A stretch of DNA of 64,000 nt, from assembly GCA_010909165.1 (NCBI GenBank), contig MU008167.1, forward strand, positions 248,001 to 312,000, given 5' to 3'. Below, in pieces: positions 45,901 to 60,168 of the stretch. Below the pieces are notes generated by a model. It was not told where the DNA came from, ran no database searches, and was given only the letters and a program-made list of their open reading frames with translations. The position numbers and the translations under genes are program-made. Every line of letters begins with the position of its first letter. Position 1 is the stretch's first letter. This stretch comes from Anthoceros angustus (taxonomy: Eukaryota; Plantae; Anthocerotophyta).

Positions 45901-48449
45901 TTCTTGGTTTTTCTTCACGAGGTGGTCAAGGGTACACAAATTGATTGGGGAGGATGATTTTCGAAAGAGCCTGTGAGGAGAAGGCGACTTACTCTTCTTC
46001 CCTCCTCCTTGATTTCGCCTTTTCCGATTCATGTATTTGCGCATTCCGGTGTTTAACTGAGTTGAAGTCGGTCCGCCTGCATGGTTGGAAGCCGTGGGGA
46101 ACTCAAGGTAGAAGAGGAGGAATTGAAGGAGGATTCGCAAGGATTCCAAAGTAGCTTGGGAGTGCGCTCGAAGGTTAAGAGGAGGGAAGTTTCCAAGGGT
46201 AAGAAGCGAAGGCAACGGAACGGGATCAAGAAGGGGAGGGCAGCCAGGAGGAGGAACCCACACACCTGTGGTCACTGTGTCAAGCAGAACGTAAAGGAGG
46301 GAAATGGTAAGTTGCTCCCAGTGGATGACCGCTAGGGGAGAATGGGGAGAAGAGGCAAGCACCAACCCCTAGGAGAGGAGGGGTTAACAGACCGCAACGG
46401 AGCCCGGACATTTTTGGCGACATTTCACCGAACCGTCCGAGGTGGGGATAGAGACACCGCCGACACGAATTGTTGTGAGGCGGATGGGCAAGGGACAGCC
46501 CAATTTGGGGATTTGGGTTTGACTGCCATGGCACGACGCAGCGGATCTCCTCGATCAAGCCCATGGCTCTCACTTGGCCGAGTGTGCAAGGCAGGAGAAG
46601 TTGCTCAAGGAGAAGTTGGAGAGCCTGAAAGGCGAGAGCAAGGCGGCCGAGGAGCGCAGACGGAGTGCGGCCTTATGCAAGGCACAGGAGCGCTTAAGGC
46701 ACATGTCCACTCAGCAGAAGCTTTAGTAAATCAGTCAAGGGGCGATGCTACAATTGAAGAGCTTCAAGATGAGGTCTCGAGTCCAGAGGTGGAAGCGATG
46801 GCGCCTTGGAGAAATTCAAGAAGCGGAGAGGTACAAGCGGAAAGAGACGGTTAGGGCCGAGTCAAGAGAGAGGTGGCCAAACCAAGAAGGCCGAGCAACA
46901 TGACCGCAGGAGCCAAGCAACCACCGTGAAGAACCACCACGGTGGCTAAACCAGCCACCGTGGAACGGGAACCGAGGTGGGGAAGTCACCGACGGAGTGT
47001 CGCAGATGGAGGGATGATCCCGGAGAATCAACAGCAGCCCTGTGATTGTCCACGGAGGAGAGGGTAAGGACCTCCAGATCGAAGGGCGACAGTTACGGCG
47101 TCCGGATGAGGATGCTCATGTCCTCGCCGCGCATGGTGAGCGGTGCTCACTCTAAACGTGTATGTGGTTGTTGGGACAGAGGGGCGTAAACCACCGGTCA
47201 GACATCTTGACCGCCAAAGTGCGCTACTGGGTTCCTTCGAGTAGCGGGCGCCTATCCTCCGCAAGTGGTGCCGGAAGAGATGAGCGAGGCGCAGCGAGCA
47301 TGGAGGGAGGAGCATTGTATGGTTGTCCAAATGAGGAGGAGGGACAATGGACATAGAGGTACAAAGGCGCAAGCCCGCTGGAAGGCGCGAGGGAAATTCA
47401 AAGGAGAGCGAGGTGGAGGTTGTGGGGAAAATCGCTGGATCGAGGCGAGGCGAGAGAGGGGTCCCCATGGGCCGAGGGCGAGGCAAAGAATCGGAGGCAG
47501 CACTGATTTTAGGAGAGTCGCGATAGCCTAGGACCGGGTTTTTCAGCGAGGATAGGGAGTTCCATCACCAGAGTCATGTTGCTTAGATTGGTAAGGCGCC
47601 GTGGTAGGAGCTACAATTTTAGACACTAAAGAGAAGTGAGTGTTGGACCACGATGTATAAGAGACCCTTTGGGTGTCTCTCAAGGCGATTTATTTCGTGT
47701 GAACTTCCGTATCGAACCGCCGAGGTTGATTGGAGACGTCCGTCAAGATCAAACGGGTTCGGGCGACCGCCTTCTCACAAGAAGGCCGGAAGATCTCGGA
47801 TGGTCGAGAGCGGAGTGGCCAAGCTCCACGCCTGGGTAACGGAAGGTAGCCGCGGCCGGAAAAGAGGTAGGAGTGCCGACGGCCGAGGCGGAAGCTGGAA
47901 GGCGAATCGCCCAAGCACCGACGGGTTTTCCCGATCCTCTTCCAACCGCTGCCACTGTGTGTTCATTCCATGAGAGGGTCTGTGGCCCAAGGAGGGTCTG
48001 TGGCCCAAGGGAAAAGGGGTCTGTGGCCCGTGAGACGAGAGAGTTCATTGGAAGGGAAAGGTGAGGGTAGTTGTGTGCGCGCTGGGAGGGATTGTGAGAG
48101 TGTGAGGGAAAATCGAAGGAGGGAGGAAGGTGGATCGCAAATTCCAAGTAAGGTGAGGCGATATAGGTGTCCGATAGCCCCTAGGTCCGTTAGAGAAGCC
48201 GTGACGAATAGACTCCGCGAAGGCGGCTTGTGGCCCGCCACTCGAAACTGCCACCGCGGTGGCCGAGTCTACCACGGTGGGTTTGGGCAGGTAGCTGGAG
48301 AAGGTGAGGTAGCGAGCGGTGTCTAGAATCCATAGATTTAGCACACCTTGACACAACACCATTCCCTTGGGATCGAATCCTAGGACTATAACGACATAGA
48401 GGGTAAATGTGGCCTCTTTGCGCCTTCGATGCAAAACCCATTCCACATT

Positions 48450-48467
48450 TTGGCGCTGCTTGGGAAT
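48450..48467 (+). other. Primer-binding site
   Basis: tggcgctgcttggga immediately follows the 5' LTR and resembles the tRNA-Asp PBS TGGCGCCGTTGCCGGGGA. Confidence 0.6.
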
Positions 48468-48529
48468 GAAACTCAAGGTTATAGGGGACTAACCATAGCT
48501 TAGGTGTCTAGTTTTGGAGTGTATCTAGT

Positions 48530-51500
48530 TAGGTAGATGGATGCCACGGTTGAGCCGGAGGGTTCAGTCAAGTCGGACGGAAGGCCACACGAGAAGCGAC
48601 AACGCCAAGCACCGGAAAGGTTAAAAGGGTTGCAAACCGCGAGTTGAGGAGGGTCCACCAAGACGCACTGGAAGGAGAAGGAGGTAAGCAACCAGGACGG
48701 GGTCCGATCTTGTTGGAGCAAGATCCCCAACCTCGGACTTGGACGAGGTACCACCGCAACCTGACCAATTCCATCCACCCCTCTTCCAAAAGTGTGCATC
48801 GTTGGAGATCAATCGACTCCGCAGAACCGTTGTTGGACCAACCCGCCGAATCAAGAACGATAGTCATGACCACCACACCGGTGGTGGTCACCACCAAGCA
48901 ACCTTATCCAGGGTATGGAGAGGGGTATGAAGACCCGATGAATTTGTTGAGCTTTGAGCGACATTTGCAAAACCAGAAGCGGAGATGCACAACAGATTCA
49001 TTGTTCTATGGAGTTCTTCGGGGGTCCAGACAAGTATAGGCGAATACCTCAAGTCGCCACACCTCCAAAGAACCTATGAAGAATTAAAACCGCCTGTGAA
49101 AGGTTCAGGGGCTTGACGAGAGGGATACGTGTTGTCCAAGCTTGAAAAGCAGAGAGGAAAGAAGGAAACCTTGCAGCATGTGGAGAGGTTTCACGCCACG
49201 CGATCGGGCGGCCTCACTCGAGTTGCACACGGTGGTTCGCTAAAGGCCCGGGTTCTAAGATGGGGAGACACGAAGGTTACAAGCGGAGAAGAATTTGGGC
49301 AAGGCTATCAAGGCGGCGCTAAACTATGAGGAATCCAACCCGCAAGGGAGGAGGAAGGCTAAGAAGGAGAAGAAGAAGCCTGTGGATGAAAAAGAAGGAT
49401 TCCTCATCCTCCAAGGAAGTTCATCGTGAAGAAAGCTCCACGAAGATTCCATGAAAGTTCCTGAGGAGGAAACGAGTGATGTTGGAGGAAGCGCCATCGA
49501 TGAGGAGCGCGCCAAATGGAAAAAGAAATGAAGGGTCGCACGGACAACAAGGAGTCAAGGGCAAAACAGAGGCGATGTACGCAAAGAAGGACGCGAACAA
49601 AGGAAGGGAGGCCGAGAAAGAAAGTAGAACAACAGGGAACAAGATGGAGGAGATGATGGCAAAATTCGAAATTCCATCTTAATGCGGTCAAGGAACATGA
49701 GAGGCGGAGAGTCACGAACCCACGAGCCAACCTCTTCTGCTCAACGTGTGGGCAGGACACTCCAAAGCTAATTGTCCGACGACAAGGGTACACCGGGATA
49801 TGAGGAAGAGGAGGAAGAGGGTCCGTGGAAGATACATCCGGAGGTTCGGGCCAACCCAAGTGTACCCAAAGACCATGTACCCGCCAACCTACGTAATTCC
49901 ACGGGTAGGCGTCAGAATCACCGGGCGGTAACAATCCAATGGGCACCGCCTTGTGCTATAATTGTCGCAACCTTGGACACTATGCGCATATGCCTTATCC
50001 AACTCACAAGGCAATGGAGATTTTGATAAACTATGTCAAGATTGCAAGCAGGGCATTTGGCGTGAAGTGTGCTCGCCAAAGCCCCAAAGACGGTGAGGAT
50101 CGCAGCCAATGACAAAGACCAAACCCAAGTCCTGTCCATGCATGTTGAGGACACTTATGGCGGTATGGGAGGATGCCGAGATTGGAACCCCGAGGAGCTT
50201 GGAGGGATTAGACGCAGAGGAAGCGATTATTATGGGGAAGCCTCGCCATGGTCGTAGAACAAGGAGCACAAAAGCAAAAGAGAGGCGATGGGGAAAAAAA
50301 GAAGAAGGAGGCGGATACGACCACGGGATCGATGAGGGAGAGAGTGTCGCCACCATCGGAAATACCAACACCCGGAACGCTAAAAGAAGAAAACAAGTCC
50401 TGCAGTGACTTGGCGGATGGACCATATGTGCAAAAGAGTGATGCATGAGACTTGAGTGTTCCATGGAAAGGTGAATGAAGGTCACGAAATCAAGGGGTGG
50501 AACCCCACCGATTTCAGAAAGTTACCGAACCGAGTTAGGGTTTCACGAAGTCATGGATATGATACAAGAAGAATTGGCAAGGAGGCTACGGGAAAAGGCG
50601 GGGTGTCGATTTCCACCACCCTGTGGGAGTCCACCACCCCACCGGAAGGGCCACCGTACCCCAAGTCATGACGAACTGACCAACCAAATCTCGGATGGTA
50701 GGGCGGGCCACCGCTTTCAATCTCGCCGAGGCCATCATGGACCAACATTTCATGATCACATTCGGACAACTCCTCCGAGACAATCCGGTATAGGCAATGA
50801 TCGAGGGCGTTAAAAGAGGCGCAACCCAAAAGAGAGCGCAATGTTCCTATACCAAAGCATGTGAACTTGGTATCCATGGTGGATCAAGGCCCACCAACCT
50901 GTGGAAATTTCGGATGTGTCATCAAAGGAGTGCCTCTCGACACGGCCTGGGTGTAAATATTATGTAAGACACGGCTAGGAAATTGGGCTTGGATATTGAA
51001 CATACTACCAAGGTTTTGGCTAGCCGACATGTCCGTAATGGTGCCGGGGGAACGGGTGCTAACGACCATTGGAACCATCCCTACTTGATGGATTATGTAG
51101 TCATCCAAAGAAAATCGCTGTGGTACGACGTCCTAATTGGCCGAACATGGATGCATCGCAATGCACGCCAAGTGGGGAGGAAGGAAGTCGGTTTTAAACC
51201 GCTGGAATGGGATCCCAAGACCAAGGAGGGAAGGATGTGCCTATCGTGGAGTAAGGACATGTATGCGGTGTGAAACTCCAATCAAACAGAGGGTACACTC
51301 GCAGAGGACACGGGGAGATGGAAGAGGAAGATAGGTTCCTGCTCGCACACATCTCATGGTCTCGATGAGGAGCGGGACTACCGCAGAGATATCCCATATA
51401 CAATTAACCCAAGAGGGTCATTACGGGTAACCGCCGAATGCTCCGAAGGGGTCCGGCGGATTCAACAGCAGTGGAGAAAGGAGGAGGCGCCACGCAGCTT

Positions 51501-54152
51501 CACGCCGGAGGATTTGTTTAGGGAATGGGGCATGAGAGAAGAGGAACCGCGGAGCCGTAAGAAGGATTCGGGTTAGCACCGCACGAGAGCGAGTGGGTAC
51601 AGCGATGAAGTCAAGGACGTTGAGGTTCTTCCGTGAAGGTGCTCAAATTCTCCGAACAATGGATGCGGCTGGAGGAAGGAATGAAGCAACCGCGTAATTT
51701 ATCGATGTTTTCGCCTTCGAGGTATAGACATGAAGGGATCCCCAAAGAATGGGGCGAGCATAGGATTGACTGGAACCGTGAGCAATCCCGAAGGATTCCA
51801 CAGACAAGTTAAATCCAAGTACTCCTCAAGGTAAAGGATCGCTTGGAGATGTACAAGGCGGACGTGATCTATCCTATAGTCAATACCGAATGGGTGGCTC
51901 CAATAGTGGTAGTACCTAAGAGGCGCCTGTGCAAAATCCGAGTTTGTCGATTGGAGAAGGTTGAATAAGGTCACCAAGAAGGATCACTTTCCGCTACCCT
52001 TCATCGATAATATCCTCGGATCCGTCGCAGTGTAATGGCGATTCATTCCTAGACGGTACTGGGTATAATCACCGCACCTTAGGGAGAGCGATTGGCCTCA
52101 CCGCTTTTACAACCGATCGGGGACATATGCTTACAAGCGCGCATTTGGACGAGAGCACTGGGTCCTTCATGCGCCATCACAAAATTTTCAAGGACTTCCT
52201 CGCGACTTTATGGAAGTTTTCCGACTTCCGATTCGGCCGTCAAGGACCATCCGCCGCACCTCGGAAGTGCTCGAGCGCCGAGCAACGCAATTATGCGCAT
52301 CCGTAAAAGTGCTACTGGCATGTCGAGGAATTCGCTAGCATCAAGCCGAGGTATAGAAGTAGATCCGGACAAGGTAAAGGTCATCGCCACCCTTAGAGCA
52401 CCAATAACAACGCTAAAGGAACTCCGGGTTCCCGGGATGGTCGTATTATAGACGCTTGCTCCAAATTTCGCCAAGCGGGCTGCCCCACTAACGAGCTTGT
52501 TAAGGAAGGATCGAGTGGGAGTGGACGACGAACGGAGGAAGCATTTCAGACTTACGCACCACATCGCGGCTCCCACGCTAAAAGGACCGGATCGAGTAAG
52601 AAGTTCCACGCTGCTGATGTTTCAAATTTGCAATGGGTCCTTAGCCGGGATGAGAAGAAGAAGGATTTTCCGATCTACTATGCTGGGAGACAACTAACGG
52701 ACGCGGAGCGAAAGTATACCACCACGGAGCGCGAAGCACTGGGAATGGTTTACTCGGTCAGGAAATTCAGACACTACCTCCTCTCGTATGAATTTGTGTT
52801 CCATGTTGACCACTTTGCCTTGAAACACCTTGTGAATAAACCTGACCTTTCGGGACGCATAGCACGCTGGATCTTGCTGCTTCAGGAGTTTACCTTCACA
52901 AAGGAAAGAGAGGGTAGGAAGCATATCAATGCCGACTTCATATCTCGATTGAAAATGTGGAAAGGTGGAAAACCAGAAGACGACTTTCCCGATGAGACAC
53001 TGTCATAGGAGTTGCAAACCAACCAAAGGAAGCCAAGAAGGAGGAAAGACCAAAGACCACCAGATATCGACCACCAAATTGTCCACTACTCCGCACCATT
53101 CACACTCAAGACAACATGAATTTATACCGAGTCACCCCGGACGGGTGGAGCGGTTATGGGTACGCATCAAGTGAGCGAGTCCCGAGCTCTTTACGAAGAA
53201 GAGGCGGAGGTCATTATGCCGCATGTCACATGCGGTGAAAATTTTGAGGTCGGCTATTGGTGGCCTACAATGTACAAGGATGCTGTGAGCGGACGCCAAA
53301 GGGTCGGCAAGCCAACAGAACAACCCAATGGCCCCTTGTCCCCATACTTGCACCGCACCATTCGAGAAATGGGGAATCGATTTTGTATCCTATCCACCCA
53401 AAACCAAGGCTCGCCAAAACCAATACATCCCGTGGCCAGACATCAGACGGATGGTAGAAGCATGCACCGCCGTAGATTCGCGACGCCGTAGCGATTCTGC
53501 TCGAGCAAATCATCACCGATATGTCACTGAGCCGGGCCGCTGATGAGGAACACATTTCACAATCGTAATCTCCAACATGACCACTTCAACGCCGCCACGG
53601 TGAAGTCCACGCCTTATAACCCAAAAGCCAATGGGTCAAAAAAGGCAAATGGCTTGTTGTGCAAGATCCTAACCAAACTCACCGCGCCTATGCGTATGAT
53701 CGATATGAAATCGCATTCAAGACTGTGGCGATCGACCGGAAAAGGTGACAACGCAGAAACCCCGTATTATCTTTACGGCATTCATGCTAATATTAGAATT
53801 CAAGTTCCCACGAGAATACAGGAACCAAGTCGAATGCCGGAGGAAAGCTTGGAAAGGTTGGTGGGTTTCATTTAGACACACGGAGGACAGAGAACAAGCC
53901 CTCCAAGTTATGCGGGATGTCCAAAGAAAGGAGGAAGGAGTGGTACGACAAGAGATTGAAGCGCCAAGAATACGTTGTTCCGGGATCCGCTTTACTATAC
54001 GATAACCGATACATGCATTTCCTGTAAATTACATCTCGATGGATGGGGCCCTTCGAGTTTCGTAAGTTTTACAACGGATCAATTCAACTCGACTTAGTGG
54101 CTCACCCTTGCCAACGCCACAACGGTTGGCGGGTCAAGAAATATTACCAATA
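48530..54152 (+). pseudogene. Gypsy gag-pol (frameshifted): zinc knuckles, protease, RT, RNase H, integrase
   Basis: CSTCG..HSKANCP (~49740), YDVLIGRTWM, WVAPIVVVPK, LNKVTKKDHFPLPFID, YTTTEREALGMVYSVRKFRHYL, RIARWILLLQEF, FEKWGIDFV, STPYNPKANG and RWMGPF. Confidence 0.93.
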
Positions 54153-54171
54153 AGTTGGCGAGGACGCCAAC

Positions 54172-54187
54172 AAATGAGAAGGGAGTA
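54172..54187 (+). other. Polypurine tract
   Basis: aaatgagaagggagta directly precedes the 3' LTR. Confidence 0.7.
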
Positions 54188-57100
54188 TGTGGAAGACCAC
54201 ATGTGAACTAACCCCTCTCAAGTGTCGTGGAACGATTTTTTTGTTTTGGGTGTGTTAGAATAGCAGTGCTTTGAGAATCTCGAGTCGTCTTTTATACGGA
54301 ATGGTCCTTGGCCCTTGGAGATAATAATAATTTTTCGACCCTTAGGTTTGACCCTAGGTGGGGTAGAAATAGAGTCCTTGGGTATTGGGAATTTTAGAAT
54401 AAAAGGTGTCTATATATGCTAGGGATGCTCACAATATGCCACGCTTGTGTAGTCAAGTGGGGTGGTGGCTAGTTCCACCACGGTGGCCGAAACGGACGCA
54501 TGCACTGTGGGAATTTACAACCCTAGTGGCGGAGCGGGACTACCACTGAGCGCAATCGGGAGAAGGGCACACCCAAGACTGAGGTCGCGACTTTCCGTGA
54601 GGGGCACGGAGCGAGTCGAAGAAGAGGGGCGCGCTGCATACACGCCACGCCTCACCGCCTCACTGCAGGAGGAAGGCGCGACGATCGTGGCGCGGCGGAG
54701 GAGAGAAATCGCCGCAAGTTCGCGAGGAGGCGTGAAGGAGCGCCAGGGCGGCTCGATTTTTTTCTCTCCCGACCGTGGATCCGCAGGGTAGTCGAGGTTT
54801 TGTTTTGGGAGACAACGAGAAGGAGATGGCGCCCGAGCGAAATCCCACTCACGCAGGGGCCCAACATGGACCATCGGAAAGTGAGAGCCGGCACCGGTGC
54901 AGCCGGGTCAAGTTCATGGAGAAGAAATGGTACGATGCATTGGTGCAAGAGTGCGCCCGCAATTAAGGACCAAGTCGCAAGAGGGTGACGCGAGGGCCGC
55001 AACTGGATTTCTCTTTCGAGCAAAGAAGGCGGGCGAGAAGCATCGAGGATGGGAGCTTGGTGATTGACCCCAGAAGAAGACCTTGAAAGCCGCGCCCATG
55101 AAGCCTGGGAAGTGAGAGTGAACAATGGTCGGGTGACTCGCCAACTCGTGTTCAAAATGGTGGATTGGCCAAATGGATTTTGTGTTTCCTACGTAACCTA
55201 AGCGGATCATATGGCGGATCACTTCTTGGTTTTTCTTCACGAGGTGGTCAAGGGTACACAAATTGATTGGGGAGGATGATTTTCAAAGAGCCTGAGGAGA
55301 AGGCGAATTTACTCTCTTCCCTCGGCCCTCCTTGATTTCGCCTTTTCGATTCATGTAGGCGCATTCCGTGTTTAACTGAGTTGAAGTGGTCCGCCCGCAT
55401 GGTTGGAAGCCGTGAACTCAAGGTAGAAGAGGAGGAATTGAAGGAGGATTCGCAAGGATTCCAGCTTGGGAGTGCGCCGGAAGGTTCTAAGAGGGTGGGA
55501 AGTTTCCAAGGGTAAGAAGAAGGGCGCAACGGTCGAACGGGATCGGCGGAAGGGAGGACCAGAAGAGGAGGAACCCACCACACCTGTGGTCACCAGTCAA
55601 GACGCAGAGAACGCGTAAAGGAGGAAAAGTAAAGGGAAATGGCAAGTTGCTCCCTCCTGTGTGGATGAATGCCGCTAGGGGAGAGAAGCGGGAGAAGAGG
55701 CAAGCACCAACCCCTAGGAGAGGAGGGGTTAACTTCAGCCCGAGACCGAACGAGCTCCGGACATTTTTGGCGACATTTCACCGAACCGTCCTAGAGGTGG
55801 GGATAGGAGACACCGCCGACACGAATTGTTGTGGAGGCGGATGGGCAAGGGACAGCCCAATTTGGGATTTGGTGGTTTGACTTGCCATGGCACGACGCAG
55901 CGGATCTCCTCGATCAAGCACCATGGCTCTCACTTGGCCGAAAAGGCCGCAGAACTGGATTGGCCTCTTCGAGCAAAGAAGGCGAGAAGCATCAGGATGG
56001 GAGCTTGGTGATTGACCTCAAATAAAGAAGACCTTGAAAGCCGCAGCCATGAAGCCTCGGGAAGTGAGAGTGAACAATGGTCGGGTGACTCGCCAACTCG
56101 TGTTCAAAATGGTGGATTGGCCAAATGGATTTTGTGTTCCTATGTAACCTAAGTCGGATCATATGGCGGATCACTTGGTTTTTCTTCACGAGGTGGTCAA
56201 GGGTACACAAATTGATTGGGGAGGATGATTTTCAAAGAGCCTGAGGAGAAGGCGAATTTACTCTCTTCCCTCGGCCCTCCTTGATTTCGCCTTTTCCGAT
56301 TCATGTACGATTCCGTGTGTTTAACTGAGTTGAAGTGGTCCGCCCGCATGGTTGGAAGCCGGCCAGTGAACTTAGAAGAGGAGGAATTGAAGGAGGATTC
56401 AAGGATTCCAGCTTGGGAGTGCGCCCCGAAGGTTCTAAGAGGGTGGGAAGTTTCAAGGGTAAGAAGCGAAGCTCGAACGGGATGGCGAAGGGGAGGGCAC
56501 AGCAGGAGGAACCCACCACACCTGTGGTCACCATGTGTCAAGACGCAGCAGGAACGCGGTAAAGGAGGAAAAAAAGGGAAATGGAAGTTGCTCCCAGTGG
56601 GATGAACGCCGCTAGGGGAGAATGAAGCGGAAGAGGCAAGGCGGCATCAACCCCTAGGAGAGGAGGGGTTAACTTCACCGAGACCGCAACGAGCCCGGAC
56701 ATTTTTGGCGACATTTCACCGAACCGTCCTACCGAGGTGGGGATAGGAGACACCGTGACACGAGAATTGTTGTGGAGGATGGGCAAGGGACAGCCCAATT
56801 TGGGATTTGGTGGTTTGACCATGGCACGACGCAGTGATCTCCTCGATCAAGGCCCATGGCTCACTTACCGAGTGTGCAAGGCCAACAGGAGAAGTTGCTC
56901 AAGGAGAAGTTGGAAAGCCTGAAGGCGAGAGCAAGGCCGAGGAGCGCAGACGGAGTGGGCGGCCTTATGCAAGGCAGGAGCGTTAAGGCACATGTCCACT
57001 CAGAAGCTTTAGTAAATCAGTCAAGGGGCGCATGCTACAATTGAAGAGCTTCAAGATGAGGTCTCATGAGTCCAGAGCGGTGGAAGCGATGGCGCCTTGG

Positions 57101-58741
57101 AGAAATTCAAGAAGTCATGAGAGGTACAAGCGGAAAGAGACGGCTAGGGCCGAGTCAAGAGAGAGGTGGCCAAACCAAGAAAGGCCGAGCAATACCCACC
57201 GCAGAGCCAAACAACCACCGTGAAGTAACCACCACGGTGGCTAAACCAGCCACCGTGGAACGGGAACCGAGGTGGGGAAGTCACCACGGAGTGTCGCAGA
57301 TGGAGGGATGATCCTCGGAGAATCAACAGCACCGCCCAGGATTGTCCACGGAGGAGAGGGTAAGGACCTCAGAGGGGGGCGATTGTGCACGGCGTCCGGA
57401 TGAGGATGCTCATGTCCCGGCCGCCGCATGGTGAGCGGTGCTCACTCTAAACGTATGTGGTTGTTGGGACAGAGGGGCGTAAACCACCGGTCAGATCTTG
57501 ACCGCCACAGCGCTACGCTGGTTCCTTCGAGTAGGAGCGGGCGCCTATCCTCGCAAGTGCCGAAGAGATGAGCGAGGCGCAGCGAGCATGGAGGGAGGAG
57601 CACAGATGGTTGTCCAAATGAGGAGGAGCGGACAATGGACATAGAGGTCACAGCGCAACGCCGCTGGAAGGCGCGAGGGAAATTCAAAGGAGAGCGAGGT
57701 GGAGGTTGTGGGGAAAATCGCCGGATGTGAGGCGAGGCCAAGAGCGAGAGGGGTCCCCATGGGCCGAGGCGAGGCAAAGAATCGCGAGGCGGCTTGATTT
57801 TAGGAGAGTCGCGATAGCCTAGGACCGGGTTTTTCGTAGAGGATAGGGAGTTCCATCACCGAGAGTGTGTTGCTTAGATTGGTAAGGCGCCGTGGTAGGA
57901 GCTACAATTTTAGACACTAAAGAGAAGTGAGCCGTGTTGGACCACGGATGTATAAGAGACCCTTTGGGTGTCTCTCAAGGCGCATTTCGTGTGAACTTCC
58001 GTATCGAACCGCCGAGTGGGGTTGATTGGAGACGCCCGTCAAGATCAAACGGGTTCGCGCACCGCCTCGTCACAAGAAGGCCGGAAGATCTCGGATGGTC
58101 GAGAGCGGAGTGGCCAAGCTCCACTGGGTAACGGAAGGTGGCGCGCCACGAAAAGAGGTAGGAGTGCCGCGACGGCCGAGGCGGAATCGCCGGAAGGCGA
58201 ATCGCCCAAGCACCGACCGGGTTTTCTTCCGATCCTCTTTCCAACCGCTGCCACCAGTGTGTGTTCATTCCATGAGAGGGGTCTGTGGCCCAAGGAGGGT
58301 CTGTGGCCCAAGGAGGGGTCCGTGGCCCGTGAGACGAGGGAGAGTTCATTGGAAGGGAAAGGTTCCTGAGGGGTAGTGCTACTGGGAGGGATTGTGAGAG
58401 TGTGAGGGAAAATCGAAAAGGGGAGTGGGGTAGGATGGAAAAATTCGAGTAAGGTGAGGCGATATAGGTGTCCATAGCCCCTAGGTCCGTGTTAGAGAAG
58501 TCGATAATAGACTCATGACGGCGTGGTGGGGCCCGCCATGAACCTGCCACCGGTGGCCGAGTCTACCACTTGGTGGGTTTGGGCAGGTAGCTGGAGAAGG
58601 TGAGGTAGCGACCGGGTCTAGAATCCATAGATTTAGCACACCTTGACACAACACCATTCCCTTGGGATCGAATCCTAGGACTATAACGACATAGAGGGTA
58701 AATGTGGCCTCTTTGCGCTTCGATGCAAAACCCATTCCACA
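54188..58741 (+). repeat. 3' LTR, with an internal ~0.9 kb tandem duplication (about 54995-55935 / 55940-56865)
   Basis: Matches the 5' LTR; the block from cgcagaactggatt to ccatggctc occurs twice here and once in the 5' LTR. Confidence 0.92.
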
Positions 58742-58754
58742 TATAGACAGTATA

Positions 58755-59225
58755 GTGGAGGCGCAAGATGCCTACGCCCATTGACACACTACCCCGCATA
58801 CCACCTCATATGTTTGAACGCTTGTCGGCGACTGCATTTCATGGTCCTTATGCGTCCACTAGTTCTCTCAAGGTAAGTCACTTGTTTCTACCGCTTGTAG
58901 AAGATATAATGGAGGCGCCGCATCTTGCCTCCATTGACAATACCTACCCCGCATGCTTCACCCCTCATATGTTTGAACGATGTAAGGCGACCAGATTTGG
59001 GTCCATGCGTCCACTAGTTCTCCAAGGTAAGTCACTTGTTTCTACCTGTAGAAGATATAAACATGAGGCGCATGCCGCGCCCATGGACAATACCCACCCC
59101 GCATACGCCTTCCTCCTCATATGTTTGAACGCTTTAAGGGACGTGATTTCGTCCATGCATCCACTAGTTCTCTCCAAGGTAAGTCACTTGTTTCTACTGT
59201 TTGTAGTAGATATAAACAGTAGAGG
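58755..59225. repeat. About 155-bp tandem repeat x3
   Basis: cctcatatgtttgaacg...ccactagttctc..aaggtaagtcacttgtttcta...gtagaagatataa repeated. Confidence 0.85.
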
Positions 59226-60168
59226 CGTTGGCATGCCAGCGCGTCCATGAACGGCAGAGGCACCGGCATGTGGCCGCAACTTCACATCACCGTCTTTGTC
59301 AGAATGTTGTTGCGCCATTAGGAAGGCATATAGTGTGGACATGCCGACGTCATATTCTTCATAGTGTGCAACAATAAAAACATTACCACCCATGACGACA
59401 TTTTCAATTTCCTGTCTCTTCTGGAGATTTTTGTTCCCCGTTCCATACTGTTTTCCCTTTGATAGCACTAATCCATGAAGAAGGTGGGACTCGAGAAGTA
59501 GAAAACACACACCACAGGCATGCAGACGGCAATTGCATTCCATGATTTCGGGAAGATGGAAACAGGGACTCTCACTGCTGCATGTTGAATTTCCATTGTC
59601 ATCTCCAATACTTATTACATCCTCCTCAAAACCGTTTTTCCAAAACCATTTACCCTTATGTACTAAATGAATAGCAAAAGGCCCATCACGTGGCCTTTTC
59701 GCTGCCACCAATAGAGTGTCATGTATGGGTATTATTTCAAGGTAAATGTGTGCCTACTGAGGCTTTATATCCCTTTTTCAGCCCAACTCATGGCATGTTC
59801 CCGGCTTCCTACACACACAGCAACCGTACTTTTATAACATTTTTTGTGGACAGGAACAGCCGTTTCGTGCCCATGTTCGCGCCAGTTACCAGTATATTCA
59901 TTGGAAAAGCCGCTTCCTGTTTATTCCGCCAGTATGAATATTATGGTGTTAATAGCTACCCTTACTATCTCATATAACCTATGATTATGACTCTAGGTCA
60001 TAAATGGTCAACACATACATGACTTCACTTCAACAATCCGAATCGTAGTCCGAGTCACCAGGTGCCGGAACAGGAAGGTTCTCAAAGTGAAGAGGTTCTT
60101 GTGTGTTGGGATCCAAAGTGTCAAGGCATGGAATACATACTATCTCCTCTTCCTCCTACAGAACAACT

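Larger units (their letters stand above)
29126..48447 (+). repeat. 5' LTR (29126-29475 + 45174-48447, about 3.6 kb), split by the CACTA insertion
   Basis: Colinear with the 3' LTR, which shows the empty site acaaccctAGTggcggag. Confidence 0.92.
29126..58741 (+). mobile_element. Full-length Ty3/Gypsy LTR retrotransposon (non-chromovirus, Athila/Tat-like) with nested CACTA
   Basis: TGTGGAA...TTCCACA termini and 5-bp TSD TATAG (29121-29125, 58742-58746). Two LTRs, PBS, PPT and gag-pol order PR-RT-RH-INT. Confidence 0.95.

Noticed and set aside
29126-58741. Dating the Gypsy insertion from LTR divergence
   Set aside because: Differences are dominated by small indels that may be sequencing error.
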